A program made the position numbers and the translations under genes. The notes under the pieces were generated by a model. It did not search any database and was not told where the DNA came from. It worked only from the letters and a program-made list of their open reading frames with translations. Of a stretch of 64,000 nucleotides of DNA, positions 28,445 through 38,021 are shown one piece after another. Location of the stretch: positions 384,001-448,000 of the forward strand of contig CAVSGI010000013.1 in assembly GCA_963727445.1 (NCBI GenBank), in the 5' to 3' direction. Positions within the stretch are counted from its first letter, which is position 1; every line of letters begins with the position of its first letter. The stretch is from an uncultured delta proteobacterium. GTDB taxonomy: Bacteria > Myxococcota_A > Polyangia > Polyangiales > B10-G4.

Positions 28445-28789
28445 ATGAGCCGATCACCCATCACCACTCACGTCCTCGACACCGCCACCGGCGCGCCCGC
28501 GAGGGGGATCCGCATCACCTGCGACAAGATGAAAGGCGACGCCTTCGAGGAGCTGGCCTCGGGCGTGACCGACGCCGACGGTCGCATCACCGATCTCCTC
28601 TCACCGAAAAGCCTGGAGTCGGGCACGTACCGCATGACCTTTCACGTCGGCGCGTATCACGAAAGCAAGGGCGTCAAAGGCTTCTACCCCGAGGTCGCGG
28701 TCGTCTTCGAAATCGAGCAGACCGACGAGCATTACCACGTACCTCTGCTATTGAGCCCTTTCGGTTACTCGACCTACCGCGGGAGCTGA
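28445..28789 (+). CDS. uraH: 5-hydroxyisourate hydrolase
   Basis: ITTHVLD, DGR, HYHVPLLLSP and terminal YRGS signature. Confidence 0.96.
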   Translation: MSRSPITTHVLDTATGAPARGIRITCDKMKGDAFEELASGVTDADGRITDLLSPKSLESGTYRMTFHVGAYHESKGVKGFYPEVAVVFEIEQTDEHYHVPLLLSPFGYSTYRGS

Positions 28790-28792
28790 AAG

Positions 28793-30148
28793 ATGAGCGA
28801 GCGAAAGAGCACCCTTCGTGACGACTGCGCCGATGCGGTCGCGGCGCTATCGAAAGCGAACCAGGCCTTCGCCCAGAACTATCCCGGCGATCGCCCCGAC
28901 CGGCAGCCGGTCCACACGGTCTACGGCGGCGCACACCTCTTCAAGGCGACCACGCCGAAGAAGCTCGGCGAGCTCGCGCTCCGGAGCCTCGACACCTACG
29001 CCCCCGACGCCGAGACCTTCGCGGGCGCGGTAGGCATCGAAGACGCCGCGCTCGGGCACAAGGTCTACGAGCGCGTGCGCAGCAAGCTCGAGCACGAGGC
29101 CGTCGAAGACTTCCGCATCGACTTCGAGGACGGCTACGGCAACCGGCCGGACGCCGAAGAGGACGAGACGGCGGTCAACGCCGCGAAGGAGGTCGCGAAG
29201 GGGATGAAGGAGCAGAGCCTCTCGCCCTTCATCGGCATTCGCATCAAGCCGCTCAACGCCGAGCTCGAGAAGCGCTCGATCCGCACCCTCGACCTCTTCC
29301 TGTCGACGCTCGCCGAAGAGACGGGTGGCGCGCTCCCCGACAACTTCGTCGTCACCCTGCCGAAGGTGCAGGTGGTGGCGCAGGTCGAGGCGCTGGTGCG
29401 GCTCTTCGAGAGCCTCGAAAAGCGGCTCGGCATGACGCCGGGCTCGCTCCGCATGGAGACCATGGTCGAGCTGACGCAGTCGATCATCGGCCCGGACGGC
29501 TACTCGCCGCTGCCAGGCTACGTGAAGGCGGCCGAAGGGCGTCTCTCGGCCGCGCACTTCGGCACCTACGACTACACCGCCAGCTGCAACATCACGGCGG
29601 CCTATCAGCGCGTCACTCACCCCGCCTGCGACTTCGCGCTCCACGTCATGAAGAACTCCTTCGCCGGGACGGGCGTCTGGCTCTCCGACGGCGCGACCAC
29701 CGTGATGCCGGTGCCCGCGCACCGCGTGCCCAAGGGCGAGGTGCTCACCGGATCGCAGAAGGCCGAGAACCAGCAGGCCGTCTTCGCTGCGTGGAAGCTC
29801 GCTTATGACAACGTTCGCCACGCTCTCGAAAACGGGATCTACCAGGGCTGGGACCTGCACCCGGCCCAGCTGCCGATCCGCTACGCCGCCACCTTCGCCT
29901 TCTTCCTCGAAGGCTTCGACGCGGCGGCCCTCCGGCTCCGCAACTTCGTCGACAAGGCCGCCCAGGCGACCCTCGTCGGCGACGTCTTCGACGACGCAGC
30001 GACCGGCCAGGGGCTGATCAACTACTTCCTCCGCGGCCTGTCGAGCGGCTGCGTCTCGCTCGACGAGCTCGAGACGACCGGGCTCAGCCAGGCCGAGATC
30101 GAGACCCGCTCCTTCGTGAAGATCCTCGCGGGCCGCTCGAAGAGCTGA
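28793..30148 (+). CDS. HpcH/citrate-lyase-like fold protein (DUF6986-like)
   Basis: RQPVHTVYGG, DFRIDFEDGYG, HFGTYDY, SDGAT, QGWDLHPAQLP motifs; 3 bp after uraH. Confidence 0.75.
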   Translation: MSERKSTLRDDCADAVAALSKANQAFAQNYPGDRPDRQPVHTVYGGAHLFKATTPKKLGELALRSLDTYAPDAETFAGAVGIEDAALGHKVYERVRSKLEHEAVEDFRIDFEDGYGNRPDAEEDETAVNAAKEVAKGMKEQSLSPFIGIRIKPLNAELEKRSIRTLDLFLSTLAEETGGALPDNFVVTLPKVQVVAQVEALVRLFESLEKRLGMTPGSLRMETMVELTQSIIGPDGYSPLPGYVKAAEGRLSAAHFGTYDYTASCNITAAYQRVTHPACDFALHVMKNSFAGTGVWLSDGATTVMPVPAHRVPKGEVLTGSQKAENQQAVFAAWKLAYDNVRHALENGIYQGWDLHPAQLPIRYAATFAFFLEGFDAAALRLRNFVDKAAQATLVGDVFDDAATGQGLINYFLRGLSSGCVSLDELETTGLSQAEIETRSFVKILAGRSKS

Positions 30149-30152
30149 GGCG

Positions 30153-31169
30153 TCAGCCCTTCTCGGCGCGCCGAATGCCGAGGTTGACGATGCGCTGGAT
30201 CAGCTTGGGGTAGGGCAGGCCCGCGGCGGCCGAGGCGCCGGCGAACTCCTCGCCGTCGCCGATGTCCGGGTTGGGGTTCGCTTCGAGGAAGTAGAGCTCA
30301 CCTTCCTCGCTGAGCCGGTAATCGATGCGGACGTATCCGTCGACGCCGAGCGCGCGCACGATCCGGCGCGAGAGCCGGTCGACCTTCCGCTGGAGCTCGG
30401 CGGGGATCTTCGCCTTGCCGAGCTCGATGGCGTACTTCTTCTGGTACTCGAGGTCCCACTTCACCTTCCTGGTGGCGATGCGAGGCGCGTCCTCGGGGAG
30501 CTTGTCGAGCATGATCTCCCAGGTCGGCATGACCTGGAGCCGGTGGTTGCCGAGGACCGCGGAGTAGAGCTCGCGCCCGTCGATGTACTGCTCGGCCACG
30601 GCGTCGGTCCGGATGGTCTCGTGGATGAAGCCGACGCGCTTCTCGAGCTCCTTGTCGTTGGTGACCAGCGACCTCTGCGCGATCCCGTAGCTGCCCTCTT
30701 CGATGAGCGACTTCACGATGAGCGGAAAGCCGAGCGCCTTGGGCCGGTGGATCTTCCGGTGGCGCGGAAAGACCGCGAAGCGCGGCACTGGGATCCGGTG
30801 ATAGGTCAGGATCTTCTTCGACAGCGCCTTGTCCCGCGCGAGCGTCAGGCCGCGCGGGTTACAGCCCGTGTAGGCGGCGCCGCGCAGCTCCATGAAGCCC
30901 ACCACGTGCGCGTCGTAGATCGCCTGCTCGCGAAACTCCTCGAGCAGATTGAAGACCACGTGGGGATCGAACCAGGCGAGCGCGTTGCGGAGCGGCACCA
31001 GCTCGTCGCTCAGGCCCACCACCTGCACCTCGTGCCCGAGCCCGCGCAGCGCCCGGATCACGTCGAGCTCGGTCTGGAAGTCCGCTCGCTCCGCCTCGGG
31101 CAGCTTCTCCGCTCCCTCGGGTGGAACCAGGCTCTCGTGAGCCAGCACGACCACGCGCAGGCGCTTCAT
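30153..31169 (-). CDS. D-alanine--D-alanine ligase family ATP-grasp protein (divergent paralog)
   Basis: VFNL.E, YTG, DKALSK, LIVK, EQYIDGRE, RIDYR, LEANPNP. Confidence 0.88.
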   Translation of the reverse strand: MKRLRVVVLAHESLVPPEGAEKLPEAERADFQTELDVIRALRGLGHEVQVVGLSDELVPLRNALAWFDPHVVFNLLEEFREQAIYDAHVVGFMELRGAAYTGCNPRGLTLARDKALSKKILTYHRIPVPRFAVFPRHRKIHRPKALGFPLIVKSLIEEGSYGIAQRSLVTNDKELEKRVGFIHETIRTDAVAEQYIDGRELYSAVLGNHRLQVMPTWEIMLDKLPEDAPRIATRKVKWDLEYQKKYAIELGKAKIPAELQRKVDRLSRRIVRALGVDGYVRIDYRLSEEGELYFLEANPNPDIGDGEEFAGASAAAGLPYPKLIQRIVNLGIRRAEKG

Positions 31170-31227
31170 CGAGGGACGAAGTTACAGCCCGGGGATCGAA
31201 CGCGGAAGAAAACGACCGAAAGCGCGC

Positions 31228-31977
31228 CTAGGCGGCCACCGTGACGACGATCGGCTTCGAGCGCGTGATGATCATCGTGTGCTCGTACTGGGCGGAGCGT
31301 TGGCCTGGCGCGTTCATCAGCGTCCATCCGTCGGCGGCTTCCACGACGTGGGGCGGGCCGGTGGTCAAGAAGGGCTCGATGGTGATCACCTGGCCCTCCC
31401 GGAGGCGGCGGCGGTCGAGGCGCTCGTAGTAGCCGTAGATGTGCGCGGGCTCCTCGTGAAGGGCGCGGCCGACGCCGTGACTGCAGAGGTCGCGGATGAC
31501 GCCGAAGCCCGCCTTCTTCGCGCGCCGCTCGATGGCGCGGCCGATCCGGTTCAGGGGCGCGCCCGCGCGCGCCTCCTTCATCGCGTCCTCGAGGGCGCGG
31601 CGGGTCGACATGCAGAGCTTGCGGGTCCGCGGGGAATAGGGCGGCACCTCGAAGGTGCCGCCGGTATCCGCGAAGTAGCCATGGAGGCAGGCGGAGACGT
31701 CGATGTTCACCAGATCGCCCGCCTCGATGACCCGGTCGCCCGGGATCCCATGCGCGACCTCGTCCCCCACGCTGATGCAGGTCGCCCCCGGAAAATCGTA
31801 GGTCACCTGCGGCGCGGACTCGGCGCCGTGGCGCTCTAGGTACGCGGCGCCGATGGCATCGAGCTCGCGGGTGGTCATCCCCGGCTCGAGCGCCGCACCC
31901 ATCTCCTGCATGCAGCTGGCGACGATGCGCCCGATGCGCTTGAGGGCTTCGACGTCGTCTTCGTTCTCGATGGTCAC
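31228..31977 (-). CDS. map: type I methionine aminopeptidase
   Basis: CISV...AHGIP, NIDVS, DTG, HGVG..LHEEP, TIEP, QYEHT. Confidence 0.96.
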   Translation of the reverse strand: MTIENEDDVEALKRIGRIVASCMQEMGAALEPGMTTRELDAIGAAYLERHGAESAPQVTYDFPGATCISVGDEVAHGIPGDRVIEAGDLVNIDVSACLHGYFADTGGTFEVPPYSPRTRKLCMSTRRALEDAMKEARAGAPLNRIGRAIERRAKKAGFGVIRDLCSHGVGRALHEEPAHIYGYYERLDRRRLREGQVITIEPFLTTGPPHVVEAADGWTLMNAPGQRSAQYEHTMIITRSKPIVVTVAA

Positions 31978-31993
31978 GACGCTCAGGATAGCG

Positions 31994-33040
31994 TCAGAGG
32001 AGCATCGTGTCGCACCCGAAGGTCACGTCGATGGTCGCGTCTTCGATCGTGTTCACCGTGTCGCAGGTCGTGGGGCAGAGCTGGAGCTGGGTGGGCGCCG
32101 ACGGGTCGTCGTAGTACCAGCCCTCCCCCGCGCAGTGGGTCGCGTCGCCGACGTTGGGGATCACCCCCGGCCCCGTGCCAGCCGGGCTGCCGACATCCAC
32201 GTTCACGCGATCGTAGTTCAGGACCAGATCGGTGGGCGGGTCGGGGATGGCGAGCTCGCAGGGGACCGGCGTCGAGGCGAAGATGTGCTCCTCGAGGCGC
32301 GTGAAGACGCCCGTCCAGTCGGAGGTGCAGATCGAGACCTCGAGCCCCATCGTCATCTCGGCGAGCTGGTAGTACTTCGCGCCGATGCGGGCCGCGCCCG
32401 GGCACTCGTGCCCCCCGTCGTCCTCCGACGCGATGGCGTGGAAGACGTAGTCCCGCCCGCCGAGCAGGTCGTTCATGTTTCCCTGGAACTCGGCCACGTC
32501 CATGTCGCTCTCGTCGTCGGTGACCGCCACGAAGTGCAACACCGCTTCGGGGCGCAGAAAGTCGCCGTAGCTGCCGAACTCCGACACCAGTCGCTCGAGG
32601 GGCGCGTGCGAACCGACGTGCTGGTCCACGAATCGGTAGTGGGCATCGTCGCTGCCGAGGGGTGGGGGCACCGAGACGTAACTGTGGTCGGTGATCATCA
32701 CGACGTGCGGGTCGATGCCCGCCATCAGCACCGCGTCGGCGAAGGCGTTCATGTTCTCCTGCACGCGCGCCGCTTCGTTGTCCATGCTCCCCGAGCTGTC
32801 GACGACCCAGACGATGTCGACGGGGCGGAGCTCGGTCTCGGCGGCGACGGCCACACCGGCGCAGTCGTCGCTCCGGGGGTCCGGCGGCGTCATCGTGGGC
32901 GGCGGGGTGGAGGCGTCGGGATCCGTGGGGACCGGATCACTCGGGTCCTCGCCACGACCACTGCCGGAGCCCAGCGCCCCGCCTGCTGGCGCGCAGCCGA
33001 GCAGCGTGACGAGCGACACAAAGAGCAGACTCCGACGCAT
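31994..33040 (-). CDS. VWA-domain lipoprotein
   Basis: LLGC lipobox; DSSGSM MIDAS motif; VTDD; C-terminal GWYYD...LCPTTC. Confidence 0.88.
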   Translation of the reverse strand: MRRSLLFVSLVTLLGCAPAGGALGSGSGRGEDPSDPVPTDPDASTPPPTMTPPDPRSDDCAGVAVAAETELRPVDIVWVVDSSGSMDNEAARVQENMNAFADAVLMAGIDPHVVMITDHSYVSVPPPLGSDDAHYRFVDQHVGSHAPLERLVSEFGSYGDFLRPEAVLHFVAVTDDESDMDVAEFQGNMNDLLGGRDYVFHAIASEDDGGHECPGAARIGAKYYQLAEMTMGLEVSICTSDWTGVFTRLEEHIFASTPVPCELAIPDPPTDLVLNYDRVNVDVGSPAGTGPGVIPNVGDATHCAGEGWYYDDPSAPTQLQLCPTTCDTVNTIEDATIDVTFGCDTMLL

Positions 33041-33187
33041 CAGCACCTCCGGGGCTCGTTCCTTCAAGAGGAGTGCCACCCCCGATTTCCCGCGATCGCG
33101 CCCGCATTGGGGCACGCCGACTCCGGGTGTGGGGCCCCAGTCACGGGGTCGAGGGTCGCCAGTCGCCAAGGTGTAAGATGCCGCCCG

Positions 33188-33603
<416 letters not shown>

Positions 33604-33607
<4 letters not shown>

Positions 33608-34737
33608 GCCTGCTCGCCGGCGTGAACCTCTGGCAGGCGATGTGGTGGGGCGCCCTCGATTTTCCGCGCCTCGCGCGCGAGCTCGCGCGGCTTCGTGAGA
33701 TCGGCGTGACCACCGTGCGCCTGATGGCGTCGAGCGAAGGGCCGGACGACGCGCCCTATCGCGTCACGCCCAGCCTCACGCCGGCGCCCGGGGCGCCTCG
33801 CGCCGAGATCCTCGCTGGGCTGACGCGCGCACTCGACGCGATCGGCGAGCACGGGATCGACGCCATCGTCTGCCTCGGAAACTTCTGGCAATGGACGGGT
33901 GGCGTCGCGCAGCTGCGCGCCTGGTCCGACGGATCCGCGATCCCCTACCCCATCGGCGAAGACCCGGACTGGGACGGCTTCGCCCGTTACGCCGCCGGCT
34001 TCTTCGTCGACGATGCGGCGAAGGCGCTCTTCGTCTCGCACCTGCGCTCCACCGTCGGCGCCATCGGCGATCACCCCGCCGTGCGCATCCTCGAGGTGAT
34101 GAACGAGCCCCGCGGCATGCACGTCCCCGAGGCGATGCGCAGCGCCGTCCACGACTTCGCCCGTGTGATCCGCGAGCACAGCGACGCGCCCATCGCGACG
34201 GGCTCCGAAGGCTCGACGCGCGATCCCGAAAAGGCCGGACTGTCCTTCGAGGCCGATCACGACCATCCGGAGATCGCCTTCGCGACCGCGCATCTGTGGC
34301 CGCAGAACTGGGGGAAGTGGGACCCGGAGCGAAACGACGACGCGAGCTTCGCGTCGATGCTGACCTGGGCACGGGGTTACCTCCGCGACCACGCCGAGCG
34401 CGCCACTCGGATGGGCCGGCCGTTGATCCTGGAGGAGCTGGGCCTGGCCCGCGATGGCGGCCGGCGAGACGCGGGGGCGCCGACGTCCAGACGCGACGCC
34501 TTCTTCCGGGCGATGGTGGAGGAGGTGCGCCGCGCCCGAGACGATGGCCTCTCGGTGGAAGGGATCCTCTTCTGGGCGTGGGCCGGCGAGACCCTCGGCG
34601 ACGAGGGCCGCGGTCTCGGCGGAGATCCCCCGCACGAGCCGGCGGGCTGGTACGGCATCGGCGCCGAGGACCACTCGACCCAACAAATCATCGAAAGTGT
34701 TGGCCGGCCCACTCGACCCATACCCATTGGCGGCTAG
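33604..34737 (+). CDS. GH5 family glycoside hydrolase (mannanase/mannosidase-like)
   Basis: GTGA overlap; NFWQWTGG, NEPR, HLWPQNW, LEELG, GDPPHEPAGWY. Confidence 0.88.
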
Positions 34738-34807
34738 CTTGAACGATGCGGGTCGGGGGGGCCTTCAGGGGGGGCCCCGCACTAATTCGGGCGACTCTCG
34801 CGCCGTC

Positions 34808-36139
34808 TCAGAACGTGATCGGGTAGCGCAGGCTGAAGCTCGCCTCGCCATCGACCCGGTACGGATCGGAAGCCATGTCGTCCGGCGGGATGTCGCCCCG
34901 AAGGGCGAGCACCTGCACGTTGCCCGGCGCGCCGGGGAAGGGGAAGGTGACTGTGGTGTCGTACCCGCTCGGCAGCGCCGGCACCTGCGCGTGGGTGTTG
35001 GTGGTCGTCATCCCCAGCACCACCAGGCCGCCCCCGTTCTGCATCTGAACGACGTACCGCTCCACGTCGGTGGCGGACTCGGTCCACTCGAACTCGTCGG
35101 TCCAGACGGTGCCGCTGCGCACGCGGGCGAGGTCCAGGATGTCGATCGTGGTCGGCGGCATCCCCGAGTACCACTCGAAAGTCCGGGCACCGTCGGTGAC
35201 GTTCGCGTAAGGCGCCGCGGCCCAGACGAGCTCGTCTCCCATCACCGGGAAGGAGTGAACGCGCATGGTGATGGTGTCGGTGCCCAGCGAGAGCATGGTG
35301 ATGGCGGAGCGGTTCAGGTGGGTCCCGGGCTCCACCGCGCCCACCCATCCCTGCCAGGTCTCGTCGAGGGTCTCGGTGCGGTATGCGCTCTCGGGATCGC
35401 TGGGCAGGTTGATCGTGTAGTCCTGCTCCACCGGCGTGACGTCGAAGGTGCCGTCGAAGTCGACGGTCACCGAGCGGCTTCCGTCGGCGGACACCGACCA
35501 GTCACCACGCGCGAAGTCATAGAGCGCTCCCGTGTCGTCGAGGGCGTAGGCGTAGACGTAGTCCTGGACGCCATCGGCGATCTGGCCCATGCGCAGCCGC
35601 TGGTCCCACGCAACGCCCTCGTCCTGGCAGACGTTGTAGTAAGAGATGAGCGCGACGCACCATCGGCCGCCCGTGGGTACGCCTGTGGCGCTCGCGACGA
35701 CGTGGATCATGTCGCCGAGGTCGGGGCCGAGCTCGTTCAGCGTGATCTCCGTGAAGCCGTCCGCAGCCATCGGCTCTTCCCATGGGCGGTCCACGAACGC
35801 CGAGATGCCGTAGCCCTCGAGGGCGGCGATGAGGTCGGTGGAGTCGTTCATGTAGCGGTAGTCGATCTCGACCTCACCGGCGGCGTCGCTCGTCCCTTCG
35901 ACCCGGCCCATGTCCGTATCGATGGCGACCATCACGCCCTCGATGGGCGCATCGTCCTGGTCGATGAAGCGCAGCTTCGCGGTGCGCATCGTCCCGCCCG
36001 CGGTCCCGTCGGGCATGGAGCCGTCCGGCGAAGTGCCCGAGTCCATCACCGTCCCCGAATCGGTGAGCATTCTGCCGTCATCCCCGCACCCCGCCCACAG
36101 GCAGGAGAGGACGAGAAGCACCTGGATGAGCTTTGCCAT
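34808..36139 (-). CDS. hypothetical lipoprotein
   Basis: LWAGC-GDD lipobox, DSG linker, beta-rich body. Confidence 0.8.
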   Translation of the reverse strand: MAKLIQVLLVLSCLWAGCGDDGRMLTDSGTVMDSGTSPDGSMPDGTAGGTMRTAKLRFIDQDDAPIEGVMVAIDTDMGRVEGTSDAAGEVEIDYRYMNDSTDLIAALEGYGISAFVDRPWEEPMAADGFTEITLNELGPDLGDMIHVVASATGVPTGGRWCVALISYYNVCQDEGVAWDQRLRMGQIADGVQDYVYAYALDDTGALYDFARGDWSVSADGSRSVTVDFDGTFDVTPVEQDYTINLPSDPESAYRTETLDETWQGWVGAVEPGTHLNRSAITMLSLGTDTITMRVHSFPVMGDELVWAAAPYANVTDGARTFEWYSGMPPTTIDILDLARVRSGTVWTDEFEWTESATDVERYVVQMQNGGGLVVLGMTTTNTHAQVPALPSGYDTTVTFPFPGAPGNVQVLALRGDIPPDDMASDPYRVDGEASFSLRYPITF

Positions 36140-36226
36140 GAGCCGCCCCTTTCGAACGAACGCGGCGGACTGTACCCCACAAAAGTGAGGGGGCAAAAAC
36201 GGCCCCCTTTGTGAGACGCTCCCCCC

Positions 36227-36796
36227 ATGCGCACCCTCCGGATCGCTCTCCTCGCGGCTTCGTCCCTCCTCGTGATCTCCTGCGGTCCGCCCTGGACCGT
36301 CATCGTCCAGAGCGGGCCGCCCTCGGCGCTCGCCGGCGTGCAGCAGTTCTCGGTCGCCGCCGATCGGTCGCAGTTGATGATCAGCAGCAACCGCACCCTC
36401 GACGCGGAGCTCGCTGCGCGCGATCCAGACGAAGCGCAGGCGCTCGTCTCGGCCATCACCACCATGGAGAGCTCCTTCGGCACTGGCTTCGCGAGCCAGG
36501 CTGGCGTGCCCACCATCCCCGGGACCGCACCGCCGCAGCCGAACGAGGCGCGCGTCACGGTGCGCTGGGTCTTCCTCGACCCCGGTAAGTACGCCTTCGT
36601 CTACGCCCGCGACACCGACGTCCGCGCGCGCATCGTCTTCACCGTCGGCGCGAGCGTGGTCGACGAGATCGAGATCCGGCGGGTGGTCGACGCCAACTCG
36701 CGCCAGGGCTCGATCGTCGAGCGCATGCAGATCGCAGGCGAGCAGGTCGGTCGCCTCGCGGGCAAGTACGTCCAGCGGGCCCGCGCGGGGGGCTGA
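36227..36796 (+). CDS. hypothetical lipoprotein
   Basis: LVISC lipobox; plausible globular composition. Confidence 0.8.
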   Translation: MRTLRIALLAASSLLVISCGPPWTVIVQSGPPSALAGVQQFSVAADRSQLMISSNRTLDAELAARDPDEAQALVSAITTMESSFGTGFASQAGVPTIPGTAPPQPNEARVTVRWVFLDPGKYAFVYARDTDVRARIVFTVGASVVDEIEIRRVVDANSRQGSIVERMQIAGEQVGRLAGKYVQRARAGG

Positions 36797-36846
36797 CCCA
36801 CTAAATTAGGAGAAGGCTCGCGCGCCCGGAGCGGAAGGCCTTCGCG

Positions 36847-37899
36847 CTAAGGGTTGAACGCAAAGGAGCGGATCATCGGCGCCGTGATGGCCGCGGGGGC
36901 TGGATTGAAGCGCATCCGGGCGCCCGCGTTCCGCACGCAGCGCTGCATCCAGGCGTCCTGAATGGTGCTGAGCTGCGGGTGAACCACGAGATCCACCACG
37001 CGGCCGCGCGGATCGACGCGCCACTGGAGCGCGACGGTGCCGCTGATCGGAATGCGCCGCGACCGGCGCTCGTAGCAGCGGGTCATCTGCGGCATCACAC
37101 CGTTGATCGCGTTCTGCACCAGCTGGTTCAGCGCGGGGTTCTGCGGCGGCTGCTGCGGCTGCGCCTGCGCTTGCTGAGGTTGGGGGACCTGAGCGCTCTG
37201 CCCGTAGCCCGGTGGCGGCGTGGGAACGTTGTTGGCGGGCGGCTGCACACCCTGGCCGGCCGGCGCCGTCGGCTGCCCCTGCGCGCTGTCCATCGCCGCG
37301 CCCGCGATGGTGCCGAGACACGCAGCCGCGTCGCCGAGCTCACAAGCGCGCTGAAGAAGGCGCCGACTCTCCGCCACGTCCACGGTGACCCCCTGCCCCT
37401 GCGCGTAGACGGACGCCATCTGCACACACCCGGCAGCGCTGCCGTGGTCGCACGCCCAGGCGTCGAGACGATTCGCCTCGGAGACGTTCACGGCCGCACC
37501 GCGACCCAGGCGGAGCATGCGCGCCTGCTCGTGGCAGCTGTTCATGCTGCCGAGCTGACATCCCTGGCCGAAGAGACGATACGCGCGCTCGTTGCTCTGC
37601 GCGACGATCCGCCCCTGGTCGTGGAGCAGGCCCAGCTCGCGGCAGGACTCGCCGTCCTCGTGCTCGCAGCCGTGCTGCCAGGCGAGCTGCGCCCAGGACG
37701 GCGTGACCTCGGCCCCTCCCGTGCCCTCGAGGTAGTGGCGGCCCGCGACCGAGCACTGGCGCGCGTCCGTGGAGAAGCAGTAGGCCCAGGTGGTGGCCGC
37801 CTCGGCCTGGGCCTGGGCGCTGGCCGACTGGGGGCGGAGCCCGAAGGCGGCTCCGAGGGCGATGGCTATCCAAGTGGCGATCGAGAGCTGGCGAAACAT
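36847..37899 (-). CDS. Sel1-repeat protein with an AgmX/TonB-C-like C-terminal domain
   Basis: Cys-containing Sel1 repeats, Q/P-rich linker, RCYER...G.V.LQW.VDPRGRV...C. Confidence 0.82.
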   Translation of the reverse strand: MFRQLSIATWIAIALGAAFGLRPQSASAQAQAEAATTWAYCFSTDARQCSVAGRHYLEGTGGAEVTPSWAQLAWQHGCEHEDGESCRELGLLHDQGRIVAQSNERAYRLFGQGCQLGSMNSCHEQARMLRLGRGAAVNVSEANRLDAWACDHGSAAGCVQMASVYAQGQGVTVDVAESRRLLQRACELGDAAACLGTIAGAAMDSAQGQPTAPAGQGVQPPANNVPTPPPGYGQSAQVPQPQQAQAQPQQPPQNPALNQLVQNAINGVMPQMTRCYERRSRRIPISGTVALQWRVDPRGRVVDLVVHPQLSTIQDAWMQRCVRNAGARMRFNPAPAAITAPMIRSFAFNP

Positions 37900-38021
37900 C
37901 GGTGTGTGTTCCTCCCCCACGGTTGACGCTCCTCCCCAGCATACGGGAAGAATCGCCTCGGTGCAGACGAGGAGGACGGCGAGATCTTCATTCGGAAAAG
38001 GCATGGAAACGGGCTGGATCG

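Noticed and set aside
31853..33187. Long N-terminal fusion on arsC (584-aa ORF)
   Set aside because: It is the antisense shadow of the VWA lipoprotein; the ArsC motif starts right after ATG 33188.
34746..34790. Third REP family (GGGGG...CACTAATT here; similar text at 36787-36807)
   Set aside because: Both sit between convergent genes, but the similarity is short and only two copies are visible.
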